Positions 40,143 through 49,368 of a stretch of DNA of 64,000 nt are shown here, in pieces. The first letter of the stretch is position 1. Each line of letters starts with the position of its first letter. The stretch is from a bacterium (GTDB lineage Bacteria; Actinomycetota; Acidimicrobiia; Acidimicrobiales; Bin134): contig JAPPAP010000025.1 of NCBI GenBank assembly GCA_026705465.1, positions 429,566 through 493,565 on the forward strand, given 5' to 3'. The notes below the pieces were generated by a model, which was not told the origin of the DNA, did not search any database, and saw only the letters and a program-made list of their open reading frames with translations. Made by a program: the position numbers and the translations under genes.

Positions 40143-41753
40143 GTGACCTATCGGGCCGACGTCCTCATTATCGGCGCCGGTGCGTCCGGCGGGGTGGCAG
40201 CGCGCCACCTGGCCGAGCACGGCTTCGACGTCGTCTGCCTTGAACAGGGCGATTGGCCCGATAGGTCTGCGTTCCCCGGCACCCGCCCCGATTGGGAGCT
40301 GGCCATCCGCAGGGACTGGGCCATGAGCCCCAATGTGCGGAATCGGCCCGAGGACTATCCGGTGGTTCACGACGACTCGGACATCGAACCCCTCATGTAC
40401 AACGCAGTGGGGGGCAGCATGATCATCTACGCCGGGACATGGCCGCGGATGCTTCCATCAGATTTCCGAGTTCGGACCCTGGACGGGGTAGCCGATGACT
40501 GGCCTATCGCCTATCAGGAGCTGGTTCCGTACTACGACGCCATCGACCGCCAGATCGGCGTCTCCGGCCTCGCTGGCGACCCGGCTTATCCGCCCCACGA
40601 CGACTATCCGCTGCCCCCGCTGCCCTTGGGGATGGCAGGGCGTCGGGTTGCCGAGGGCCACAACCGGTTGGGATGGCACTGGTGGCCGGAGCCCAACGCC
40701 ATCTTGTCTGCTCCCTACGACGGGCGACGGCCATGTGTGCAGCGGGGCGTGTGTACCTCGGGGTGTGCTGAAGGGGCTAAGGCTTCCACCGACCTGACTC
40801 ACTGGCCCAAAGCAACCGCCGCTGGTGCCCGGCTCATCACCGGAGCTCGGGTAAGCCGGATCACGCTGGGGCCTCAGGGTCTGGCCACCGGAGCCGTGTG
40901 GTTGGACCGCCTTGGGGTCGAGCATCATCAAGAGGCCGACGTGGTGATTCTGGCGGCCAACGCGGTGGGCACAGCTCGCCTGTTGTTGTTGTCGGCCGAC
41001 GATCGTCATTGCCCCGATGGGCTGGCCAACTCCAGCGGCCTGGTCGGCCAGCGCTTGATGATGCACCCGTTCTCGGTGGTCACTGGATGGTGGGACGATC
41101 AAGTAGAGGGCTGGCAGGGCCATTTCGGGGCCAGCATCACCAGCTACCAGTTCTACGAGACCGATCCCGACCGAGATTTTGTGCGCGGCGCCAAGTGGGC
41201 GCTGTCGCCGGTCGGCGGCCCCCTCAACCACATCCTGCCCATGCGGGCTGGCAACGAGGTATGGGGACCCGATCACCACGAGCTCATGGGCCGGACGTTC
41301 GGGCGAGGGGCGAGCTGGGCCATCTTCGGCGAAGACCTTCCCGAGGAGTCCAACCGGGTGGAGCTTGACCCGGGTCGCACCGACAGCCATGGCATTCCCG
41401 CGCCCCGGGTGCGCTACCGGATCTCCGACCACTCCCGGCGCCTGATGGCGTTCCAAGAACAGCGGGCGGAGGAATCGCTGACGGCATCGGGGTGTCAGGA
41501 GACCGCGGTGGCCAGCATGATCCCTTATTCGGGATGGCACCTCATGGGAACCGCGCGCATGGGTGAAGATCCAGCCAGCTCGGTAGTCAACCCCCGTCAG
41601 CAGACCCACGATGTGCCCAATCTGTACATCGCCGACGCCAGCGTGTTCGTGACCAGCTCGGGCGTCAACCCCACCTGCACGATCACTGCCTTGGCCTTGC
41701 GAACCGCTGATCTCCTGGTTCAGCATCGCAGCGAGCAGAAGGTTCCGGCATGA
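40143..41753 (+). CDS. GMC family FAD-dependent oxidoreductase
   Basis: 536 aa. It has DVLIIGAGASGGVAA and the GMC C-terminal strings GTARMG and NLYIADASVF. Confidence 0.88.
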   Translation: MTYRADVLIIGAGASGGVAARHLAEHGFDVVCLEQGDWPDRSAFPGTRPDWELAIRRDWAMSPNVRNRPEDYPVVHDDSDIEPLMYNAVGGSMIIYAGTWPRMLPSDFRVRTLDGVADDWPIAYQELVPYYDAIDRQIGVSGLAGDPAYPPHDDYPLPPLPLGMAGRRVAEGHNRLGWHWWPEPNAILSAPYDGRRPCVQRGVCTSGCAEGAKASTDLTHWPKATAAGARLITGARVSRITLGPQGLATGAVWLDRLGVEHHQEADVVILAANAVGTARLLLLSADDRHCPDGLANSSGLVGQRLMMHPFSVVTGWWDDQVEGWQGHFGASITSYQFYETDPDRDFVRGAKWALSPVGGPLNHILPMRAGNEVWGPDHHELMGRTFGRGASWAIFGEDLPEESNRVELDPGRTDSHGIPAPRVRYRISDHSRRLMAFQEQRAEESLTASGCQETAVASMIPYSGWHLMGTARMGEDPASSVVNPRQQTHDVPNLYIADASVFVTSSGVNPTCTITALALRTADLLVQHRSEQKVPA

Positions 41754-42184
41754 CAACTGCCGATAGCAGTGCCGAGATCGACGTCTCCCGTTTGGAGGAG
41801 CTGGCCGACGTGATGCTGCCCGCGGCTCATGGCATGCCCTCGGCCTCCGACGTGAAGGCAGTCGTCGTCTATTTGGACCAGGTTCTGGGCTGGCGGAATG
41901 ATCTGCGCCAGTCACTGGCCCGGGCCGTTGCCGGGCTCGAACCGGCGACGTTCACGGTGGACCAGCTGGCAGCCCTTCATGAAGAAGACGAGGACGCCTA
42001 CATCGCGCTCACTACTGCGGTGGCGGCGTGCTACTACCTCAGTCCGGAAGTGCGCGGCCGGATTGGATACCCAGGCCAAGTGGCCAAGACCTACGACCCC
42101 TACGCCTACACCGAATGGGTGGCAGAGGGGCTGTTAGACCCGGTGGTAGAACGAGGTCCGATATGGCGGGAGGCCCCAGGATGA
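41750..42184 (+). CDS. Gluconate 2-dehydrogenase subunit 3-like small subunit (no Tat signal seen)
   Basis: 144 aa. An ATGA overlap links it to the GMC gene. The LADVMLPA...MPSASDV region resembles small subunits that partner GMC flavoproteins. This call has lower certainty. Confidence 0.55.
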   Translation: MTTADSSAEIDVSRLEELADVMLPAAHGMPSASDVKAVVVYLDQVLGWRNDLRQSLARAVAGLEPATFTVDQLAALHEEDEDAYIALTTAVAACYYLSPEVRGRIGYPGQVAKTYDPYAYTEWVAEGLLDPVVERGPIWREAPG

Positions 42185-43269
42185 GTCGGGCGGTGATTTT
42201 GGCGGACTACACCCGCGGCCCCGCGGTCGAAGCCCTTGAACTGGGGTCAGTTCAGCCAGGGGGCGCGCTGGTTCGGATCGACGCCGCCACCGTGTGCGGA
42301 ACCGATGTCCATATCTCCGACGGGGTGTTCGATCATCTGGCCCGTCTGCCGCTGGTGATGGGACATGAGGGAACCGGCACGGTTCTCGAGTTGGGAGATG
42401 GCTTGGAACTGGATGCACGGGGACAACCGCTGCGACCCGGGGACCGCATTGTCTGGGCGCACAACTGGTGCGGACGGTGCTACTTCTGTGCGGTCGCCAA
42501 ACAGCCCACCCTGTGCGAGAACACCATGGGCTACGGGTGGGGCCCTTATCGGGAGGGTGCGGTCAACGGAACATTCTCAGAGCACCTTCACGTATCGCCC
42601 GATTCGCGGGTACTGAAGGTGCCCGACAGCGTGTCCAGCCCGTTGGCTTCGGCGGCCACCTGTGCTCTGCGCACGGTGATGCACGCTCTCGACCGTCTGC
42701 CCCGCATCCGCTTTAGCGACACCGTGGTTGTGCTCGGTGCCGGTCCGGTGGGTGCGTTCTGCGCCGCGGCCGCCCTTCACAGCGGAGCTCACCAGGTGAT
42801 CCTCATCGGGGCGCCTGCATCCCGTTTGGCGGCCACCGAGGCCTGGGGCCTCACTGCCCGCATCGACATTGACCACACTGAGCCCGGCGAGAGGATCGAG
42901 GCGGTTCGCAGCCTGACTGGCGGCAGGGGTGCTGATGTGGTGTTCGAGTGCGCCGGACCGCCCGAAGCCTTCACCGAGGGGATGGACATGGTGCGGGCTG
43001 GGGGCGCACTCATGGTGATCGGCCAAGCCCACGGCCAAACGGTTCCGGTGGCGACCACCGCAATGAAAGTCCGCCAGCTCACGGTGCGGACCTCGCTCTC
43101 AGCCGACATCTCCCATTTTTATGACGCCCTTCAGTTCTTGGACCGTCACGGAGCAGCGCTGGACTTGGAATCGGCGGTGTGCTCGAAGACCTATTCGCTG
43201 GAACAGACAGCAGACGCCCTGGCTGCTATGCGAGCTGGTACCGAGATGAAGCCGGTGATTATCCCGTGA
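42181..43269 (+). CDS. Zinc-dependent alcohol dehydrogenase (MDR family)
   Basis: The start was refined to the ATG at 42181 (ATGA overlap). It has VCGTDVH, GHEGTG, a structural-zinc Cys cluster CGRCYFC, and GAGPVG. Confidence 0.88.
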   Translation: MSRAVILADYTRGPAVEALELGSVQPGGALVRIDAATVCGTDVHISDGVFDHLARLPLVMGHEGTGTVLELGDGLELDARGQPLRPGDRIVWAHNWCGRCYFCAVAKQPTLCENTMGYGWGPYREGAVNGTFSEHLHVSPDSRVLKVPDSVSSPLASAATCALRTVMHALDRLPRIRFSDTVVVLGAGPVGAFCAAAALHSGAHQVILIGAPASRLAATEAWGLTARIDIDHTEPGERIEAVRSLTGGRGADVVFECAGPPEAFTEGMDMVRAGGALMVIGQAHGQTVPVATTAMKVRQLTVRTSLSADISHFYDALQFLDRHGAALDLESAVCSKTYSLEQTADALAAMRAGTEMKPVIIP

Positions 43270-44747
43270 CTGCCAACCTTCCTGAAGTCGATCTCCGCGG
43301 CCGCTACCCGCTGATTGTGGGCGAGAGCGAACTGGCTGCCAACGCCACGATGGCGGCCAAGGCTCCCGGCACCGGTGAAACGGTGGCCGAGGTGCCGCTG
43401 GCCGATGTCGAGGTGGTTGACCAAGCGGTTGGTGCCGCCTCGGAGGCCCAGCCGGCATGGGCCGCGCTGTCGGCAGCAGAGCGGGGCAGGTACCTGCGCG
43501 ACCTGGCCGATGCGGTGCGGTCCCAGGCCGAGCACCTAGCCCGGATCGACGCCATGGACAGCGGTAATCCCTTGGCCGCCATGCGCAATGACGTGGCCTA
43601 TGGCGCCGATGCCCTGGACTACTTCGCCGGCATCGCTCGAGAACTGCACGGCAAGACCCTGCCGGCCTCCGCCAAAGGCCTCCATCTGACCTTGCGAGAG
43701 CCCTATGGGGTGGTGGCCCGAATCCTGCCTTTCAACCACCCGCTGATGTTCACTCTGTTCCACGCGGCCGCCCCATTGGCTGCGGGCAATACCGTGATCG
43801 TGAAAGCCCCCGACCAAACCCCGATCTCTCCCTTGGAGGTGGCCTATCTGGCCGCCGAGATCCTGCCTCCCGGCGTTCTCACCGTGCTCACCGGGGACGG
43901 GGCCACCACCGGTGAGGCTTTGGTGGCTCATCCGGGAATCGGCCGCATCGGGTTCACCGGTCGGGGGACGACTGGTCTGCGGGTAATGGAGGCAGCCGCG
44001 GCATCGGGACATGTCAAGCACGTGACCGCAGAGCTCGGGGGCAAGAACCCCCTGTTGGTGGCCCCCGATGCCGATCCTGCCTATGTGGCTGAACAAGCAG
44101 TGGGGGGAATGAATTTCGAGTCCTCCCAAGGACAATCGTGCGGGTCGACGTCCCGGCTGTACGTGCCGGCCGGAATGCACGCTGACGTGGTGGATGCCGT
44201 AGCCGCCCGGCTCGACCAGATCAGGGTGGGTGATCCCCTCGATCCGGCCATCACCATGGGGCCGCTGGTCTCTGAGCCCCAGCTCAGCCGAGTGCAGGGC
44301 TACGTGGAAGTCGGGCGGTCGGAGGGTGCCCGTCTGATTCGGGGCGGTGGCCCTCCCGACGGCGTGCCCGACGGCGGGTACTACCTGGCGCCCACGCTGT
44401 TCGACCGCGTGGATCCCGGCCATGTCATCGCCACCGAGGAGATCTTCGGGCCGGTGCTATCGGTGCTGGAGTGGCGGGACCGAGACGACCTCATCGCCCA
44501 GGCCAATGCCACCCGCTACGGGCTGACCGCCAACATCATCACCAACGACTTGGACTGGGCCATGGACGCCGCCCGCCGCGTGCAGGCTGGATGCGTTTGG
44601 ATAAACGGGCGGGGCCAGCACTTCCTGGAAACGCCGTTTGGCGGGTACAAGGACTCCGGGCTGGGAGCAGAGGGATCGATGGAGTCACTGCTCAGCTACA
44701 CCCGAACCAAAGTCGTTCACATTCTCGATATCGGAGCGCGGCCATGA
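43266..44747 (+). CDS. NAD(P)-dependent aldehyde dehydrogenase
   Basis: The start is GTG at 43266 (GTGA overlap). It has the catalytic ELGGKNP and QSCGSTSR Cys motifs, and EEIFGPV. Confidence 0.9.
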   Translation: MTANLPEVDLRGRYPLIVGESELAANATMAAKAPGTGETVAEVPLADVEVVDQAVGAASEAQPAWAALSAAERGRYLRDLADAVRSQAEHLARIDAMDSGNPLAAMRNDVAYGADALDYFAGIARELHGKTLPASAKGLHLTLREPYGVVARILPFNHPLMFTLFHAAAPLAAGNTVIVKAPDQTPISPLEVAYLAAEILPPGVLTVLTGDGATTGEALVAHPGIGRIGFTGRGTTGLRVMEAAAASGHVKHVTAELGGKNPLLVAPDADPAYVAEQAVGGMNFESSQGQSCGSTSRLYVPAGMHADVVDAVAARLDQIRVGDPLDPAITMGPLVSEPQLSRVQGYVEVGRSEGARLIRGGGPPDGVPDGGYYLAPTLFDRVDPGHVIATEEIFGPVLSVLEWRDRDDLIAQANATRYGLTANIITNDLDWAMDAARRVQAGCVWINGRGQHFLETPFGGYKDSGLGAEGSMESLLSYTRTKVVHILDIGARP

Positions 44748-45460
44748 GCAGCAACAACACCGAAGCCATTGCGATTCTCAGGGAGAAGATCGCCACTTCG
44801 ACGCGGATATTGGTCCGCGAGCGGCTGATCGGCCCCTTCGGTCATCCCTCGGCCCGGATCCCGGGCACCGACTTGGTGGCGGTGCTGGGCCACACCCACG
44901 ACGATGTGAAGGACCTGGCTGAGACCAATCCAGGTGACGTGGTAGTGATGGACCTCGACGGCGAGGTGATCGAAGGGTCGATGGAAGCGCCCGGCGAGCG
45001 GTTCATGCACACCGAGATCTACAAGGCCCGCCCCGACGTCGGATCGGTGATCCATGCCCATCCCATGCACTGCATCGCGTTTTCTATGACCGATGCGCGG
45101 TTGGCACCGGTTTGGCACCTGTGCACCCTGTTTGCCGACGGCGTGCCGGTGTACGACTCCGCAGTGCAAATCGACAATCCCGAGCGCGGTCGGGCAGTGG
45201 CCACCGCTCTGGGAGACCGGAAGGGGATACTGCTCAAGGGACACGGACTGACGGTGGTGGGCATGTCCATCGAGGAGGCCACCGTCAGCGCGGTGAACCT
45301 CGAGCGCTCGGCCCGATTGCAGATCATGGCCCAGGGACTGGGCGCGGTGGAGACCATCGACCGGGCTGAGCTCACCGACGATTTGCTGACCGATGGGTTG
45401 ACCCTGGAGGAGTACACCCACACCCAGTGGGACTACTGGGCCATGGAGACGGCCCGGTGA
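44744..45460 (+). CDS. Class II aldolase/adducin N-terminal domain protein
   Basis: The start is ATG at 44744 (ATGA overlap). It has FMHTEIYKARPDVGSVIHAHP and GHGLTVVG. Confidence 0.82.
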   Translation: MSSNNTEAIAILREKIATSTRILVRERLIGPFGHPSARIPGTDLVAVLGHTHDDVKDLAETNPGDVVVMDLDGEVIEGSMEAPGERFMHTEIYKARPDVGSVIHAHPMHCIAFSMTDARLAPVWHLCTLFADGVPVYDSAVQIDNPERGRAVATALGDRKGILLKGHGLTVVGMSIEEATVSAVNLERSARLQIMAQGLGAVETIDRAELTDDLLTDGLTLEEYTHTQWDYWAMETAR

Positions 45461-47778
45461 CGTTATTGCGGCGGGAGGACCCCCGGTTGCTTCGGGGAGG
45501 GGGCTGCTATGTGGCCGACATCGAGCGGCCGTCCATGCGCTATGCCGCGTTTGTGCGCAGCCCGGTGGCTCACGCCGATCTGATTGGGGTGGAGCTGCCT
45601 CCCGGCATTGTCGGATGGACGGGAGGGGATTTGATTGGCCGAATCGAGACGATGGCGCCCAACGAGGCCGATGGCGGCGTCTACCAGGACAAACTGCTGG
45701 AATCCCTGGGCGACGACCGGTTGTTCGTGCGCCATGAGGGCCGTCCGCTATTGGCCGTGGACCGGGTCCGGCATGTGGGCGATCCCGTCGCTGTGGTCAT
45801 CGCCGACACTCCCTACGGGGCGGTCGACGCTGCCGATCGGGTGCATCTTGATTTGGTGTCCCGTCCGACGGTGGTCGACCCCTTCGCCGCGCTGGCCTCC
45901 GACGCGCCCCGGCTCTATGACCACTGGCCCGACAACCGATCGCTGTTCGTGGCTGCCGGTTTCGGCGACATCGACGCAGCCTTTTCCGAAGCCGCCCATG
46001 TCAGCCGCCGTCGACTGCACTCTGGGAGGCTTGCCTGCCACCCCATGGAGCCCAGGGGGGTGGTGGCCGAGCACGATGCCCGCACCGACCTGCTCACGGT
46101 GTGGAGCAGTACCCAGATTCCCCATCCACTGCGCACTGCTCTGGCCAAAGCCTTGGGGCGGCCAGCCCACCGGATACGGGTGGTAGCCCCCGATGTGGGT
46201 GGCGGCTTCGGGGTGAAGGCCATCCCCTACGCCGAGGAGCTGATCATGGCGTTCCTCGCTCTAGAGCTGGGGGTCTCTCTCAAATGGGTGGAGCAGCGCC
46301 GCGAGCACGGCCTTGCCGCCATCCAGTCCCGCGATCAGATCCACGACATCGAACTCGCCCTCGACGGGGACGCCCGCATCCTGGGAGTACGCGACCGGTT
46401 CGTCGTGGACAACGGGGCCGCCAATCCCCTTGGCGTCGTCCAGCCCTACAACACGCTGGCCCACCTGTGCGGCTGCTACAGAGTGCCGGCGCTGGATGTG
46501 GAGGCGACGGCGGTGGTGACCAACAAAGCCCCGCTTTCGCCCTATCGGGGAGCGGGCAGGCCCGAGGCAGTCTTCGCTATGGACCGCATAATCGACGTGG
46601 CTGCCAGAGAGATGGGCATCGATCCCGTGGAGGTTCGCCGCCGCAATCTCATCACTGCGGACGAGATGCCCTATTCCGTGGGCATCAACTACCGCGACGG
46701 TACGCCCATGACCTACGACAGCGGCGATTTCCCCGGCTGCTTCGAAACCGCGATGACCATGAGCGACATAGCCGGGGGCCTTCGGGGGGGTGCTCGCGAC
46801 GAAGCTGGTCGGCTTGTGGGGGTTGGGGTTTCCACCTACGTGGAGGGAACCGGGGTTGGTCCGTTCGAGAGTGCTCGAGTGCGGGTGGATGAGACAGGCT
46901 GGGTCGAGGTGGCCACCGGCGCGTGCTCGCAGGGCCAGGGGCATGAGACCGTGTTCGCCCAAGTGTGCGCGCAGGCGTTGGGAGCCGACCCAGAGCAGGT
47001 GACGGTGATCGGGGGCGATACCGCCGCGGTGGACTACGGCTGGGGCACACTGGCCAGCCGCAGTGCAGTGGTGGCAGGCAGCGCCATTTTGCAAGCCGCA
47101 ACGGCGCTGCGAGACCGGATAGTGGACGCGGTAGCCGAGCAGTGGGAATTAGCCTCTGCCGACCTCTGCATTCGGGACGGCATGGTGGAGGTGATCGGCA
47201 CCCCCACCCGCCGCATGGGGTTGGGCGAGGTGGCCGCGGGGTTTGCCCCTGGGGGAGAGTTCGCCAACGGGAGCGGTGTTGGCTTGGAGGAGTTGGTCTG
47301 CTTTGAACCACCTACGGTGACATTTGCCGCCGGCGTGCACGTGGCCCGGGTCGCCATTGATCCGTCGACGGCGCAAGCCGAGATTCTGGACTATGTGGTT
47401 GCCCATGACTGCGGGCCCCTGCTGTCGCCGATGATCGTGGACGGCCAGATTGCCGGTGGTGTGGCTCAGGGGATCGGGGCCGCCCTCTTCGAGCTGGCGA
47501 CCTACGACACCGACGGACAACCTCAGAACCCAAGCCTGGCCGACTATCTAGTACCCGATGCCGCCGGGGTGCCTGAACTGGCCGTCGCCCATCTGGAGAC
47601 TCCGTCGACCCTCAACCCGCTAGGCATCAAAGGGGTGGGGGAAGCCGGAGCGATCTCCCCTCCGGCCGCGGTAGCCAACGCCATCGAAGACGCCCTGTCG
47701 GGATTGGGCGTCGAGGTAAACCGCGTGCCGGTGTCGCCCGATTATCTGTTCGAACAATTGCACGGAGCACGATCATGA
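45457..47778 (+). CDS. Molybdopterin-dependent hydroxylase large subunit (xanthine dehydrogenase/CoxL-like family)
   Basis: The start is GTG at 45457 (GTGA overlap). It has the N-terminal hammerhead LLRREDPRLLRGGGCYVADI...FVRSPVAHA and the active-site-region string SPYRGAGRPEA. Length is about 773 aa. Confidence 0.85.
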   Translation: MTLLRREDPRLLRGGGCYVADIERPSMRYAAFVRSPVAHADLIGVELPPGIVGWTGGDLIGRIETMAPNEADGGVYQDKLLESLGDDRLFVRHEGRPLLAVDRVRHVGDPVAVVIADTPYGAVDAADRVHLDLVSRPTVVDPFAALASDAPRLYDHWPDNRSLFVAAGFGDIDAAFSEAAHVSRRRLHSGRLACHPMEPRGVVAEHDARTDLLTVWSSTQIPHPLRTALAKALGRPAHRIRVVAPDVGGGFGVKAIPYAEELIMAFLALELGVSLKWVEQRREHGLAAIQSRDQIHDIELALDGDARILGVRDRFVVDNGAANPLGVVQPYNTLAHLCGCYRVPALDVEATAVVTNKAPLSPYRGAGRPEAVFAMDRIIDVAAREMGIDPVEVRRRNLITADEMPYSVGINYRDGTPMTYDSGDFPGCFETAMTMSDIAGGLRGGARDEAGRLVGVGVSTYVEGTGVGPFESARVRVDETGWVEVATGACSQGQGHETVFAQVCAQALGADPEQVTVIGGDTAAVDYGWGTLASRSAVVAGSAILQAATALRDRIVDAVAEQWELASADLCIRDGMVEVIGTPTRRMGLGEVAAGFAPGGEFANGSGVGLEELVCFEPPTVTFAAGVHVARVAIDPSTAQAEILDYVVAHDCGPLLSPMIVDGQIAGGVAQGIGAALFELATYDTDGQPQNPSLADYLVPDAAGVPELAVAHLETPSTLNPLGIKGVGEAGAISPPAAVANAIEDALSGLGVEVNRVPVSPDYLFEQLHGARS

Positions 47779-48590
47779 ACTCAAGTCCATCTGGATCAGT
47801 CCTCGACTCTCCCAGTTCAACCGGCGCTGGGTCGTCGGATATCGCGCTGAGCGTGTCGGGAATCCACAAGCGCTACGGCGGGGTGGTGGCCCTACGAGAC
47901 GTGTCGCTGGACTTCCCCACCGGCACACTCACCGCGATCGTGGGCGACAACGGAGCGGGCAAGAGCACCCTGCTGAAGGTGATCTCGGGCGCGGAGCAGC
48001 CCGACTCTGGCCAAGTAGTGCTGCACGGCGAAGTCCGACGGTTCCGCTCTCCTCTCGACGCCAGGACTGCCGGCATCGAGACCGTGTACCAAGACTTGGC
48101 GTTGGCCGACAACCTCGATGCTGCCCAGAACCTGTTCATGGGGCGGGAGCACAAAGTGGGATGGGGGCCGTTCACCTTCCTGCGCCGCCGGGCCATGCGC
48201 CGCGATACCGAGCAGATCATCCGACGGCTCAACATCAAGATCCCCTCGGTGCGCATACCGGTTCAACACTTTTCCGGCGGCCAGCGCCAAGGTGTGGCCA
48301 TTGCCCGAGCCATGAACTGGGGCAATGAGGTGATCATCATGGACGAGCCCACCGCCGCATTGGGCATCGCCGAGACTGCCCGAGTCGAGGATCTCATCAC
48401 CACGCTGCGCGAGCGCAAGCTGACGATCATCGTGGTGAGCCACAACCTCGATCAGGTGTTCCGCCTTGCCGACCGGATCGCGGTGATGCGAAGGGGCCAG
48501 CTGATCGAGCTGTTGGACGCCCGTAGCACCGACGCTCAAAAGTTGGTATCGCTCATCACCGGTCTGGCCACCTCTCACGAAGGGGCATGA
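47775..48590 (+). CDS. ABC transporter ATP-binding protein (single NBD)
   Basis: 271 aa. It has Walker [10 protein letters not shown], the signature FSGGQRQ, and Walker B IIMDEPT. Confidence 0.9.
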   Translation: MNSSPSGSVLDSPSSTGAGSSDIALSVSGIHKRYGGVVALRDVSLDFPTGTLTAIVGDNGAGKSTLLKVISGAEQPDSGQVVLHGEVRRFRSPLDARTAGIETVYQDLALADNLDAAQNLFMGREHKVGWGPFTFLRRRAMRRDTEQIIRRLNIKIPSVRIPVQHFSGGQRQGVAIARAMNWGNEVIIMDEPTAALGIAETARVEDLITTLRERKLTIIVVSHNLDQVFRLADRIAVMRRGQLIELLDARSTDAQKLVSLITGLATSHEGA

Positions 48591-48591
48591 C

Positions 48592-49368
48592 ATGGCGCCA
48601 CGAGTGGGAGTCCAGATCCGCCCCAATCACGTGAGTTGGGACGACATGGTGTCCGCTTGGATGTACGCCGATGAGTCCGGCGCCGACAGCATCTGGACGT
48701 TCGACCACTTCTTTCCCATCGACGGCGACCCCGACGGCACCGCATTCGAATGCTGGTCGACGCTGGCGGCCATGGCGTCGGCCACCAGCAGGGCCCAGAT
48801 CGGCCCGCTGGTCACCTGTACCGGATTCCGCAATCCCGATCTTCTGGCCGACATGGCCCGCACCGTGGACCACGCTTCTGGGGGCCGGGTGGTGCTGGGG
48901 TTGGGCTCGGGCTGGCTGGAGCGGGACTACCAATCGTACGGATATGCCATGGCTCGAGATGCTGATCGGATACGCGAGATGGAGATCGCCATCCACCGCA
49001 TCCGCCATCGGCTGGGTCAGCTGCGACCCGGTCCGGTAGGTCCGCTGCCCATCTTGATCGGCGGCTTGGGAGAGCGCATGACCCTGGATGTATGCGCCCG
49101 GCTGGCCGACGCCTGGAACGGCTGGGGCACCCCGGATGCGATCGCCCACCTCAACGGGGTGCTGGACGGCTGGTGCGAGAGGGCTGAACGCGATCCGTCC
49201 CAGGTGGAGAGGACGGTGGCGGTGTTCGAGACTGCCAGTGATGCCACCTATGACGACTATGTGGCTGCGGGGGCCGAGCACCTCATTCTGGTCAGGTCGG
49301 GCCCTGACTATCGGATCGATGAGCTGGAGTCCCTGTTGGCGTGGCGGGATTCTCGGAGCGGTCCGTGA
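48592..49368 (+). CDS. Luciferase-like (LLM class, probably F420- or flavin-dependent) oxidoreductase
   Basis: 258 aa. The strings SIWTFDHFFP, GPLVTCTGFRNP, and VVLGLGSGW are typical of the LLM family. Confidence 0.8.
   Translation: MAPRVGVQIRPNHVSWDDMVSAWMYADESGADSIWTFDHFFPIDGDPDGTAFECWSTLAAMASATSRAQIGPLVTCTGFRNPDLLADMARTVDHASGGRVVLGLGSGWLERDYQSYGYAMARDADRIREMEIAIHRIRHRLGQLRPGPVGPLPILIGGLGERMTLDVCARLADAWNGWGTPDAIAHLNGVLDGWCERAERDPSQVERTVAVFETASDATYDDYVAAGAEHLILVRSGPDYRIDELESLLAWRDSRSGP

Noticed and set aside
39144-41915. Minus-strand ORFs of 408 aa and 485 aa opposite the SBP and GMC oxidoreductase.
   Set aside because: The reasoning is the same. The plus-strand genes carry FAD-binding and lipobox motifs, and the antisense ORFs have none.
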